From an uncultured Microthrixaceae bacterium (lineage in GTDB: Bacteria; Actinomycetota; Acidimicrobiia; Acidimicrobiales; DATDAH01), in contig CAWGLV010000001.1 of the NCBI GenBank assembly GCA_963823495.1, positions 1,452,886 to 1,516,885 of the forward strand: DNA of 64,000 nt, given 5' to 3'. This document shows positions 54,085 to 63,871 of this stretch, one piece after another. The translations under genes were made by a program, and so were the position numbers. The notes under the pieces are model-generated. The model had not been told where the DNA came from. It saw only the letters and a program-made list of their open reading frames with translations, and searched no databases. Every line of letters begins with the position of its first letter. Position 1 is the first letter of the stretch.

Positions 54085-54476
54085 TGCGGTGTCTCGATGA
54101 CGACGTTGGTGGCCTTCACCCGGGCGACGGCCAGGACCCCGGGTTCGAGGCCCAGTTCGTCGGCGGCCTCCCGGCTCATCAGCGACACCACCCGGAACGG
54201 GCCGGCCTGGAGATCGACCTGGGCCATCACGCCGTCGCGGACGACCCGGGTCACCAGGCCGGTGAGGCGGTTGCGGGCCGAGGCGCCGACGACGGCGCCC
54301 GGCTCGGGGGCCTCGGCGAGGTCGACGGCCAAGCGGGCCAGGTCGGCCCCGTCGACGAGCCGGTGGCCACCGTGGGTCCGCGTCGTGGCCAGTCGCCCGT
54401 CGTCGGCCCAGCGGCGGACCGTGTCGACGCTGACGCCGAGGAGGTTCGCGGCCTCACCCATTCGCAAGTCGTGCAT
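54081..54476 (-). CDS. MerR/excisionase-type HTH + TOBE (molybdate-binding) transcriptional regulator
   Basis: N-terminal ..EAANLLGVSVDTVRRWADDGRL.. HTH. C-terminal ..ARNRLTGLVTRVVRDGVMAQVDLQAGP..VVSLMS.. TOBE/Mop domain. First gene of the mod operon. Confidence 0.8.
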   Translation of the reverse strand: MHDLRMGEAANLLGVSVDTVRRWADDGRLATTRTHGGHRLVDGADLARLAVDLAEAPEPGAVVGASARNRLTGLVTRVVRDGVMAQVDLQAGPFRVVSLMSREAADELGLEPGVLAVARVKATNVVIETPQ

Positions 54477-54477
54477 C

Positions 54478-54506
54478 TGCCAGAGATATAGCAGAGAATC
54501 CTGGCA
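54478..54506. promoter_or_regulatory. AT-rich inverted-repeat site abutting the mod-regulator start codon (candidate molybdate-responsive operator/promoter)
   Basis: TGCCAG-AGATATAGCAGAGAATC-CTGGCA is a conspicuous AT-rich island in very GC-rich DNA, 2 nt upstream of the ATG at 54476. Confidence 0.4.
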
Positions 54507-54665
54507 TCAGCACGGAAGTCGTCAACGATCGGACGTGCTCGGGGGTCGCCCGGCCGGCGTCGTGGTCGCCGGTTGACCGCGACGGCAGCAGCCGACCCGA
54601 CCGGGCCGGCCCGGTGCTCCGGGCCCGAAGGGCGCTCGGGTCGGCGGTCCTGGTAGACGTGGGGT

Positions 54666-55667
54666 GTGATCCTGGCCGATGCGCTGACCCAGACCTGCGG
54701 GGAGAACCCCGGCGTCGCCTGCCGGAACGTCTATGAGTGGACCGACAACGAGTCGATGGCGGAAGTGGCCCAGTGGATGATCGACACCCCGATGCGGATC
54801 GTCATCATCCTGCTCGTCTCGTGGATCCTCACCCGGGTGGCCCGCCGCCTTATCCACCATTCGGCCCGCGGGCTGGCCGGCAGCGCCGAGGACGGGGCGC
54901 TCACCCGGGTCACCCAGACCGTCGGGGTCGGCCCGGCCGTCGCCCACGGCGCACGGTCGACCGCCCGGGTCGAGGCGCTGCAGCAGGTACTCGGCAACGT
55001 GGCCGCCACGATGATCTGGATTGTCGCGGCCCTCCTCGTGCTCGGCGAGATGAACATCAACCTCGCGCCGCTGCTCGCCGGCGCGGGCATCGCCGGCGTG
55101 GCCCTCGGCTTCGGGGCCCAGCAGATGGTCCGTGACTACCTCGCGGGCGTCTACATCGTCAGCGAGGACCAGTTCGGGCCGGGCGACACCATCGACCTCC
55201 TGGACGTGAGCGGCACCGTCGAGGAGGTGTCGTTGCGGTCCACGAAGCTCCGTGATCTGGACGGGGTGCTCTGGACGGTGGCCAACGGCGAGATCCTCAA
55301 GGTGGGCAACGCCAGCAAGGCGTGGTCGCGGGCCAAGCTCGACGTGGTCGTCGCCTACGGCTCCGACCTGCGGCGGGCGATGGAGGTGATCCAGGCTGCG
55401 GCCGAGGACCTGCGCGAGGACGATGACTGGCGGCAGGACTTCCTCGAGGCCCCCGAGATGTTGGGCGTGCAGCAGGTGGCGGCCGACGGCGTGGCCATCC
55501 GCCTCGTGGTGAAGGTGCGCCCGGGGCGTCAGTTCGCCCTGGCCCGGGAGCTGCAGCTGCGCATCAAGGAGGCGTTGGAGGCCGCCGGCATCGACGCTCC
55601 GCTTCCGACGGGTGCGGTGTGGATGCCGCCGTCGGACCCGCCCTCGGTCCCCGAGGAGGGGGCGTAG
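54666..55667 (+). CDS. mechanosensitive ion channel (MscS) family protein
   Basis: TM segments followed by ..GDTIDLLDVSGTVEEVSLRSTKLRDLDGVLWTVANGEI.., the MscS beta-domain signature. GTG start. Confidence 0.85.
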   Translation: MILADALTQTCGENPGVACRNVYEWTDNESMAEVAQWMIDTPMRIVIILLVSWILTRVARRLIHHSARGLAGSAEDGALTRVTQTVGVGPAVAHGARSTARVEALQQVLGNVAATMIWIVAALLVLGEMNINLAPLLAGAGIAGVALGFGAQQMVRDYLAGVYIVSEDQFGPGDTIDLLDVSGTVEEVSLRSTKLRDLDGVLWTVANGEILKVGNASKAWSRAKLDVVVAYGSDLRRAMEVIQAAAEDLREDDDWRQDFLEAPEMLGVQQVAADGVAIRLVVKVRPGRQFALARELQLRIKEALEAAGIDAPLPTGAVWMPPSDPPSVPEEGA

Positions 55668-55670
55668 CCC

Positions 55671-58250
55671 TCAGCCCCCGGTCGGGAGGGCGAGGGTGAC
55701 GGTGACCGAGAAGTCGTCGCCCTCCTCGGTGAGCAGCTCGGCGGCCTTGCCGGCGTCGCGCACGTCCGCCGCGGCCGCGGTCAGTGCCGCCAGGCGTTCC
55801 GGGTTGTCGTACACCGTGACCGAGGCCACCTCGGCCCGCAGGGAAGCTCCCGCCTCGGTCTTGGCCTTGCGGATCTCCGACAGGACGGCGCCGGCGACCT
55901 CGGTCACCAGGGGATCGCCCCAACCGGCGTCCATGACCACGGCGGTGGGGTCGGGCCACGGCGCCCGGTGCACCGAGCCCTCCTGCCACCAGGACCAGGC
56001 CTCCTCGGTGGCGTAGGGCAGGATCGGGGCCAGCAGGCGGAGCAGGACGCTCAGGGCCTCCTCGAGGGCGGCCCGGGCCGACGCCGAGGCCTCCTCGCCC
56101 TGGTTGCCGTAGGCCCGCCCCTTGACCAGTTCGACGTGGTCGTCGCAGAACCACCAGAAGAACGACTCGGTCCGCTCCAGGGCCCGGGCGTAGTCGTAGC
56201 CCTCGAAGGCCGTGGTGGCCTGGTCCACCAGGGTGGCCAGTCGGGCCAGCATCGCCCGGTCGACGGGGTGGTCGACGCGGGCGTCCTCGGGTGGGGGCGT
56301 GTCGTCCAGCTTGAGCACGAACTTGCTGACGTTGAGGATCTTGATGGCGAGCCGGCGCCCGACCTTCATCTGGCCCTCGTCGAAGGCGGTGTCGGTGCCG
56401 GGCCGACCGTCGGCGGCCCAGTAGCGCACCGCGTCCGACCCGAACTGCTCGAGCATCCCCATGGGCGTCACGACGTTGCCCTTGGACTTGGACATCTTCT
56501 TGCGGTCCGGGTCCAGGATCCAGCCCGAGAGCGCGGCATTGCGCCAGGGCGCCACGCCGTGCTCGAGGTGGGCGCGGACCACGGTGGAGAAGAGCCAGGT
56601 GCGGATGATGTCGTGGGCCTGGGGGCGCAGGTCCATCGGGAACACCCGCTGGAACAGGTCGTCGTCATCGACCCACCCGCCGGCGATCTGGGGTGTCAGG
56701 GACGAGGTGGCCCAGGTGTCCATGATGTCGCTCTCGCCCACGAAGCCGTCGGCCTGGCCCCGTTGGGCCTCGTCGTAGCCGGGGGGCACGTCATCGGTCG
56801 GGTCGATCGGCAGGGCGTCCTCCTCGGGGACCAGGACCGTGTCGTGGTCGATCTCGCCGTCCGCGCCTACGGCGTACCAGACGGGGATGGGCACCCCGAA
56901 GTAGCGCTGGCGGCTGATCAGCCAGTCACCGTTGAGGCCCTCGATCCAGTCCTCGTAACGGGCCCGCATGTAGCCGGGGTGCCAGTCCAGTTCCCGGCCG
57001 CGGGCGATGAGGTCCTCGCGCAGGTCGGCGTCCCGACCGCCGTTGCGGATGTACCACTGGCGGGAGGTCACGATCTCGAGGGGCTTGTCGCCCTTCTCGT
57101 AGAACTTGACCGGGTGGGTGATCTTGCGGGGCTCACCCCGCAGGGCCCCGGCCTCGCCGAGCAGCGCCACGATGCGCTCCTTGGCACTGAAGAGCGTCTT
57201 GCCCGCCAGCTCGGACTCGTAGAGCGCGGTGGCGTCAGGGCCGAAGCCGTGGGGCGCGTCGGCCAGGAGGCGGCCGTTGCGCCCCACGACCGGCCGCACG
57301 GGCAGGTCCAACTCCCGCCACCAGGTGACATCGGTCGTGTCGCCGAACGTGCAGATCATGGCGATGCCCGTCCCCTTCTCGGGATCGGCCAGACGGTGGG
57401 CCTTCACCGGGACCGCGACGCCGAACAGCGGGGTCTGCACCTCGGTGTCGAAGAGGGGCTGGTAGCGCTCGTCGTCGGGATGGGCGACCAGGGCGACACA
57501 GGCCGGGATGAGCTCGGGGCGGGTGGTGTCGATGACGATCGGGTCACCGTCCTCACGGCCGAACGCGATCTGGTGGTAGGCCCCGGGCTGCTCCCGGTCC
57601 TCGAGCTCGGCCTGCGACACCGCCATCTCGAAGTGGACGTCCCAGAGCGTGGGGGCCTCGGACTGGTAGGCCTCGCCCCGGGCCAGGTTCCGCAGGAAGG
57701 CGCGTTGGCTGGTGCGGCGGGCCTGGTCGTTGATGGTCTCGTAGGTGTTGGTCCAGTCCACCGACAGGCCCAGGTGGCGCCAGAGGTCCTCGAAGGCCTG
57801 CTCGTCCTCGGCGGTGAGGCCGAAGCAGAGCTCGATGAAGTTCTGACGGGAGCAGCGCACGAGGTCGTCGCGGCGGTTGCCCCGAGGGGGCTCGGCCGGC
57901 GGGGTGAAGTCGGGGTCGTGGTGCAGCGTGGGGTCACAGCGCACGCCGTAGAAGTTCTCGACCCGGCGCTCGGTGGGCACGCCGTTGTCGTCCCAACCCA
58001 TGGGGTAGAAGACCTCACGGCCCCGCATCCGCTGGTAGCGGGCGATGGTGTCGGTGTGGGTGTAGGAGAAGACGTGGCCGACGTGTAGTGAGCCGCTCAC
58101 CGTCGGCGGGGGGGTGTCGATCGAGTAGATCTCGGCCCGGGACTTGGTCCGGTCGAAGCGGTAGGTGCCCTCGCGCTCCCACACCTCGCCCCAGCGGGCC
58201 TCGAGTCCTTCGAGGGAGGGTTTGTCGGGGACGGACCGGGCCGGGCTCAT
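55671..58250 (-). CDS. valS: valine--tRNA ligase
   Basis: 859 aa with PPPTVSGSLHVGHVFSYTHTD (HIGH region), KMSKSKGN, and an editing-domain-sized insertion. Confidence 0.95.
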   Translation of the reverse strand: MSPARSVPDKPSLEGLEARWGEVWEREGTYRFDRTKSRAEIYSIDTPPPTVSGSLHVGHVFSYTHTDTIARYQRMRGREVFYPMGWDDNGVPTERRVENFYGVRCDPTLHHDPDFTPPAEPPRGNRRDDLVRCSRQNFIELCFGLTAEDEQAFEDLWRHLGLSVDWTNTYETINDQARRTSQRAFLRNLARGEAYQSEAPTLWDVHFEMAVSQAELEDREQPGAYHQIAFGREDGDPIVIDTTRPELIPACVALVAHPDDERYQPLFDTEVQTPLFGVAVPVKAHRLADPEKGTGIAMICTFGDTTDVTWWRELDLPVRPVVGRNGRLLADAPHGFGPDATALYESELAGKTLFSAKERIVALLGEAGALRGEPRKITHPVKFYEKGDKPLEIVTSRQWYIRNGGRDADLREDLIARGRELDWHPGYMRARYEDWIEGLNGDWLISRQRYFGVPIPVWYAVGADGEIDHDTVLVPEEDALPIDPTDDVPPGYDEAQRGQADGFVGESDIMDTWATSSLTPQIAGGWVDDDDLFQRVFPMDLRPQAHDIIRTWLFSTVVRAHLEHGVAPWRNAALSGWILDPDRKKMSKSKGNVVTPMGMLEQFGSDAVRYWAADGRPGTDTAFDEGQMKVGRRLAIKILNVSKFVLKLDDTPPPEDARVDHPVDRAMLARLATLVDQATTAFEGYDYARALERTESFFWWFCDDHVELVKGRAYGNQGEEASASARAALEEALSVLLRLLAPILPYATEEAWSWWQEGSVHRAPWPDPTAVVMDAGWGDPLVTEVAGAVLSEIRKAKTEAGASLRAEVASVTVYDNPERLAALTAAAADVRDAGKAAELLTEEGDDFSVTVTLALPTGG

Positions 58251-58338
58251 GATCCGCCAAAGCTACCGGCGACCGTCGCCTCACCCGAAGATCGAAGCCT
58301 CCCTGACGCTCGCGGAGTGCCTCGGTACGGTCTGGGCC

Positions 58339-59691
<1,353 letters not shown>

Positions 59692-59721
59692 TGGCGGGTC
59701 GGGGCGGCCGACAGGGAGGGC

Positions 59722-60624
59722 ATGTTGGGTGGCTACCGCGCGCAGGTGGGCATGGCCTTCGAGGCCATCGCCGAGGGCCTCGCGCCCTACGTCGACAAGC
59801 GGATGGCCGCCCATCTGTCGGGTGAGGAGGACTGGATCCTCGTGGCCTCCGCCAAGTTGGGGAAGCGCCCCGACATCGCCGTCTCGCTGACCGATCCCCA
59901 GTTCCAGCTCGAGGTCATCACCCGGTTCTGGGGGCCGGTGTTCGCCAAGGACCTCGCCCCGGTCATGCGGGACGTGGTGAAGGACCTCCTCACCGCCCGC
60001 AACCACTGGGCCCACATGAGCGACATCCAACCGATGGACCTGCCCTTCGCGGAGGGCGTGCACGACCTGGCCGCCGACCTGCTCGAGGCCGTGGGGTCAC
60101 CGGTGGCCGCCGAGGTCGACGAGCTGCTCGATCGCCTCCGGTGGGACGCCATCCAGAAGGTGGCCGCCTCCGAGAGCATGGACGAGAACACGGCGCTGAT
60201 GATGCGCCTCGGCGAACTGGAGGACGACCGGGCCGAGCTGACCCGACAGCTCCAGAGCGCCCGGGAGGCGGCGGACAACCAGACGGGCCGGACCCGGGCG
60301 GTGGCCCGCCAGCTGGCCGAACTGCAGACCCAGTACGCCGCCGTGGCCGGCCTGAAGGACCGCTACGAGCGCCTCCAGGTGCAGCTCGAGGCGGCGGCGG
60401 GTACGGGCGAGCCCGAGCGGGTCGTGGCCCAACTCGAACACGCCCGTCGGGCGGCTGTGGCCCTGAAGGTCGAGTCCACGGCGCTGCACGAACAACTGGC
60501 CGAGGCCCGGTCGATGCTGGAGGACCCCGTCGCCACCGAGGTGGGTCAGCGAGTGGTGTGGCTCATGGCCGCGCTGCTCGTGACCCTCTCCATGGTGATG
60601 GTCATGGTGACCACCTGGCTGTAG
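59722..60624 (+). CDS. Swt1-like HEPN domain protein with coiled-coil and C-terminal transmembrane anchor
   Basis: N-terminal ~140 aa matches the Swt1-like HEPN pattern (..AEGLAPYVDKRM..DW....DPQFQL.VIT.FW..F....V...V.DLLTARNHWAHM....D......LLEAVG), including R-x4-H. Residues ~150-270 are heptad-rich (Leu/Glu/Arg/Ala/Gln). The last 23 aa (VVWLMAALLVTLSMVMVMVTTWL) are hydrophobic. Confidence 0.65.
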   Translation: MLGGYRAQVGMAFEAIAEGLAPYVDKRMAAHLSGEEDWILVASAKLGKRPDIAVSLTDPQFQLEVITRFWGPVFAKDLAPVMRDVVKDLLTARNHWAHMSDIQPMDLPFAEGVHDLAADLLEAVGSPVAAEVDELLDRLRWDAIQKVAASESMDENTALMMRLGELEDDRAELTRQLQSAREAADNQTGRTRAVARQLAELQTQYAAVAGLKDRYERLQVQLEAAAGTGEPERVVAQLEHARRAAVALKVESTALHEQLAEARSMLEDPVATEVGQRVVWLMAALLVTLSMVMVMVTTWL

Positions 60625-60646
60625 CTCGGCATGGTTGGGCCCCGTT

Positions 60647-60662
60647 GTTACCGGCTGGTAAC
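60647..60662. promoter_or_regulatory. 16-bp palindrome upstream of the acyl-CoA dehydrogenase gene (candidate operator)
   Basis: GTTACC-GGCT-GGTAAC, 38 bp upstream of the ATG at 60700. Confidence 0.3.
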
Positions 60663-60699
60663 TTGTAGGGGTTCCCCCGAGCTTCCCGAGGTGTCCACC

Positions 60700-61911
60700 A
60701 TGACCTTCTCCCTCGAACTCAACGAGGACCAGATCCAGCTCCAGAAGTGGGTCCACGACTTCTCCGAGAACGTCGTCCGCCCCGTCGCCGGTGAGTACGA
60801 CCGCAAGGAGGAGACGCCCTGGCCGGTCATCGAGGAGGCGGCCACGATCGGGCTCTACAGCTTTGACTTCTTCGCCAACGCCTTCGCCGACGAGACCGGC
60901 CTGACCATCCCGGTCATCATGGAAGAGCTCTTCTGGGGCGACGCCGGCATCGGCCTGTCCATCATGGGCAGCGTCCTCGGCGTGGCCGGGATCATGGCCA
61001 ACGGCACGCCTGAGCAGATCGCGGAGTGGGTGCCCCAGTGCTACGGCACCCCGGAGAAGGTGGCCCTCGGGGCCTTCTGCGTGTCCGAGCCCGACGCCGG
61101 TTCCGACGTCTCCTCACTGCGGACCCGGGCGGTGTACGACGAGGCCAAGGACGAATGGGTCCTCAACGGCACCAAGACCTGGATCACCAACGGCGGCATC
61201 GCCGACCTGCACGTCGTGGTCGCCACCGTCGACCCCGACCTGGGCTCCCGCGGCCAGGCCAGCTTCATCGTCCCGCCGGGGACCGAAGGCCTGTCCCAGG
61301 GCACCAAGTTCTCCAAGATGGGCATCCGGGCCAGCCACACCGCCGAGGTGGTGCTCGACGACGTCCGGGTGCCGGGTTCCCTCCTGTTGGGGGGCAAGGA
61401 GAAGCTGGACGACCGCATGGCCAGGGCCCGGGAGGGCAAGCGCAGCGGCGTGCAGGCCGCCATGGCCACCTTCGAGGCCACTCGCCCGTCGGTCGGCGCC
61501 CAGGCCGTCGGCATCGCCCGCGCCGCCTACGAATACGCGCTCGACTACGCGAAGGAGCGCAAGCAGTTCGGCCGGGCGATCATCGAGAACCAGTCGATCG
61601 CCTTCATGCTGGCCGACATGAAGACCGAGCTGGACGCCTCCCGGTTGCTGGTCTGGCGGGCGGCCTGGATGGGTCGCACCGGCAAGACCTTCGACGCGGC
61701 CGAGGGCTCGATGTCCAAGCTCAAGGCCGGCCGCACCGCGGTCTGGGTCACCGAGCGGGCCATCCAGATCCTGGGCGGCGCCGGCTACGTCGACCAGCAC
61801 CCCGTCGAGCGCTGGCACCGGGACGCCAAGATCTACGACATCTTCGAGGGCACCGAGCAGATCCAGCAGCTCGTGATCAGCCGGGCCATCTCCGGCATCC
61901 GGATCCAGTAG
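60700..61911 (+). CDS. acyl-CoA dehydrogenase
   Basis: 403 aa: ..CVSEPDAGSDVSSL.., ..WITNGG.., ..QILGGAGYV.., ..IYDIFEGTEQIQ (catalytic Glu). TAG stop. Confidence 0.9.
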   Translation: MTFSLELNEDQIQLQKWVHDFSENVVRPVAGEYDRKEETPWPVIEEAATIGLYSFDFFANAFADETGLTIPVIMEELFWGDAGIGLSIMGSVLGVAGIMANGTPEQIAEWVPQCYGTPEKVALGAFCVSEPDAGSDVSSLRTRAVYDEAKDEWVLNGTKTWITNGGIADLHVVVATVDPDLGSRGQASFIVPPGTEGLSQGTKFSKMGIRASHTAEVVLDDVRVPGSLLLGGKEKLDDRMARAREGKRSGVQAAMATFEATRPSVGAQAVGIARAAYEYALDYAKERKQFGRAIIENQSIAFMLADMKTELDASRLLVWRAAWMGRTGKTFDAAEGSMSKLKAGRTAVWVTERAIQILGGAGYVDQHPVERWHRDAKIYDIFEGTEQIQQLVISRAISGIRIQ

Positions 61912-62141
61912 CCAGGGGTCGTGGCGCCTTGGGCGCCCGAGATCTACACGTCACATTGCGAGGGCGCCGGGCAGATCCAGCAGCTCGTGATCAGCCGGGC
62001 CATCTCCGGCATCCGGATCCAGTAGCCGGGGGTCGTGGTGCCTTGGGCGCCCGAGATCTACACGTCACATTGCGAGGGCGCCGGGCAGATCCAGCAGCTC
62101 GTGATCAGCCGGGCCATCTCCGGCATCCGGATCCAGTAGCC
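61857..62141 (+). repeat. 2.5 x 114-bp tandem repeat duplicating the ACAD 3' end and its TAG stop
   Basis: 57-mer GCAGATCCAGCAGCTCGTGATCAGCCGGGCCATCTCCGGCATCCGGATCCAGTAGCC is identical at 61857, 61971 and 62085. The intervening 57-mers at 61914 and 62028 differ from each other at 2 positions. Confidence 0.9.
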
Positions 62142-62142
62142 G

Positions 62143-63516
62143 TCAGCGTTCGGCGGGGGAGCGGGCCAGGAGCCAACCCAGCGCCAGGGTCAGCGCGGCC
62201 ACCGCCGGGCTGAGGCGCACGCCCAGCAGGGCTCGCCCGCCGACATCGAGGGCCTCGCCGAAACCGGCCAGGGCGATCCCGGCCAGGCCCACGACGGCCA
62301 GCGCCGCCCCCACCGCCCGGACGGCGACGTGTCCCGCGGCCCGGGGTGCAACGGTCCAACGCTCGACGGGGGCGAACACCGCCACCAGGGCGCCGAGCAC
62401 CAGGGTCGATAGGGCCAGGGTCAGGGCCTTCTGCAGCCACCAGGCACCCGAACCCACATCCACCACCGGCAGCCCGAGGGCGAGCAGGACGGTGCCGGTC
62501 GCCATGAACGCGGTCAGGTGCCAGAGGAAGACCGTGAGCACGACCACGTTGACCACGATCGTCGCCCGCCACACCCGTGGCCGCTGCAGCCAGGCGCCCA
62601 GGGGTCGCCGCACGGCGAGCAGGAGGGCGGCCTGGGCCACGCCGAGCACGAGGACGCACATCGTCGGCGGGCTCATGTTGGAGATGCGCTGGCCGGGCAG
62701 CCCGATCATGCTGACGGGGTACGGACCCACAGTGGTCAGGGCGACGAGCAGTGCCCCGGCGACGGCTCCGACCGCCAGGGCCCGACGGGGCGTCACCGAG
62801 TCGAAGCGACCATCGGCGTAGGTGAACCCGAGCCCTTGGGAGAACAGGAACACGGCCAGGTAGTTGACGACCGCGGCACCAGCGAGCCAGTCGTTGAGGC
62901 GCAGGATGTCGAGCGCCACCACGAGCAGCGCGAGCCCGACCAGGCTCAGCGCCGGCCGGCGCCGGTGGGCCCGGAGCTGCAGCGGCGCCGCCAGTACCAC
63001 GAGCACGAACACGGCCAGGAACCACAGGGGCTGGGCGGCGATCCGGGTGATGTCCCGCACCAGGTCCGACGGTTCCGCCCGCTGCTCGAGCCCGGCGGCC
63101 ACCAGGAGCCACACGCCCACGAACACCAACGTCGGTCGCAGCAGCCGGTCCGCCCGCCGGGCCAGGAACCGACCCGCGTCGGCGTGTCCGTCGGCGCCGG
63201 CGGGCAGGGACCGCAGGTTGGCGAACCCCCCGACCAGGAAGAACACGGGCATCACCTGGAACCCCCATGTCAGCGGTCGCAGCCAGCCCAGGTCCGCAAG
63301 GGCATTGGTCCCCTGCAACTCGCCGTCCACCTCCACCACCGTGGCGATCATCCAGTGCCCCAGGACGACGGCCAGGATGCTCGCCGCTCGCAGGAAGTCG
63401 ACCACTCGGTCCCGGTCCCCGGGCGTCGCCGCGACCAGGCCGTCCAGGCTCGTCGCCTCGGTCAACTCGCCACCGCCCGGTGTCGGCGCAGCATGGGGCT
63501 CGGCGCGCAGCGGCAT
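62143..63516 (-). CDS. acyltransferase family 3 (membrane O-acyltransferase)
   Basis: 457 aa, about 10 TM segments, and the N-terminal ..VVDFLRAASILAVVLGHW.. motif of acyltransferase_3. Confidence 0.8.
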   Translation of the reverse strand: MPLRAEPHAAPTPGGGELTEATSLDGLVAATPGDRDRVVDFLRAASILAVVLGHWMIATVVEVDGELQGTNALADLGWLRPLTWGFQVMPVFFLVGGFANLRSLPAGADGHADAGRFLARRADRLLRPTLVFVGVWLLVAAGLEQRAEPSDLVRDITRIAAQPLWFLAVFVLVVLAAPLQLRAHRRRPALSLVGLALLVVALDILRLNDWLAGAAVVNYLAVFLFSQGLGFTYADGRFDSVTPRRALAVGAVAGALLVALTTVGPYPVSMIGLPGQRISNMSPPTMCVLVLGVAQAALLLAVRRPLGAWLQRPRVWRATIVVNVVVLTVFLWHLTAFMATGTVLLALGLPVVDVGSGAWWLQKALTLALSTLVLGALVAVFAPVERWTVAPRAAGHVAVRAVGAALAVVGLAGIALAGFGEALDVGGRALLGVRLSPAVAALTLALGWLLARSPAER

Positions 63517-63871
63517 CCGACAGACCCGGAGGCCCTGGAGTCGGGCCAGTCCGGCTGCTCGGCGGCGAACACCAGGAACGGTGTCGCCGCCGGCCGGCGT
63601 CCCCTGTGCACGGACACGACGCTATGCACGGCGGCGCACCCGGCTGGGGATCGCTTCGGCGCACCAGGGCGCGGGAGGTGGGGGTGGGCCGGGTCCCGGG
63701 TCAAGGGCCGGGTGGCGCACCGGTCAGGGTCCACATCGGCCGTGGGGGCCGCGGGTGAACTGGCGGCAGTCGGGGCTGGTAGCGGTGAAGATCCCGTTCC
63801 GTCCCGGACGGTGGGCTCGACCCGCTGATCGCGGCCGCTCGGCTGCCTTCAGGTGGGACCGAGGCCCCGGG

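Noticed and set aside
54477-54665. Molybdenum-cofactor riboswitch upstream of the mod operon
   Set aside because: I cannot recognise the conserved Moco-motif helices or loops. The first gene is a protein regulator whose start abuts an AT-rich inverted repeat, which favours protein-mediated control.
58251-58338. T-box or other leader between the divergent valS and cysS genes
   Set aside because: The gap is only 88 bp and is shared by two divergent promoters. It is too short for a T-box, and no specifier or terminator-antiterminator features are visible.
61857-62141. CRISPR-like alternation of 57-bp repeats and 57-bp spacers
   Set aside because: The two spacers are nearly identical to each other and are diverged copies of the ACAD coding sequence. 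There are only 2.5 units, no cas genes and no leader. It is a tandem duplication, not a CRISPR array.
63517-63871. 355-bp gap upstream of the acyltransferase gene as a riboswitch or small gene
   Set aside because: I could find no recognisable conserved RNA motif, no convincing hairpin series and no ORF with coding-like composition. It is left unannotated.
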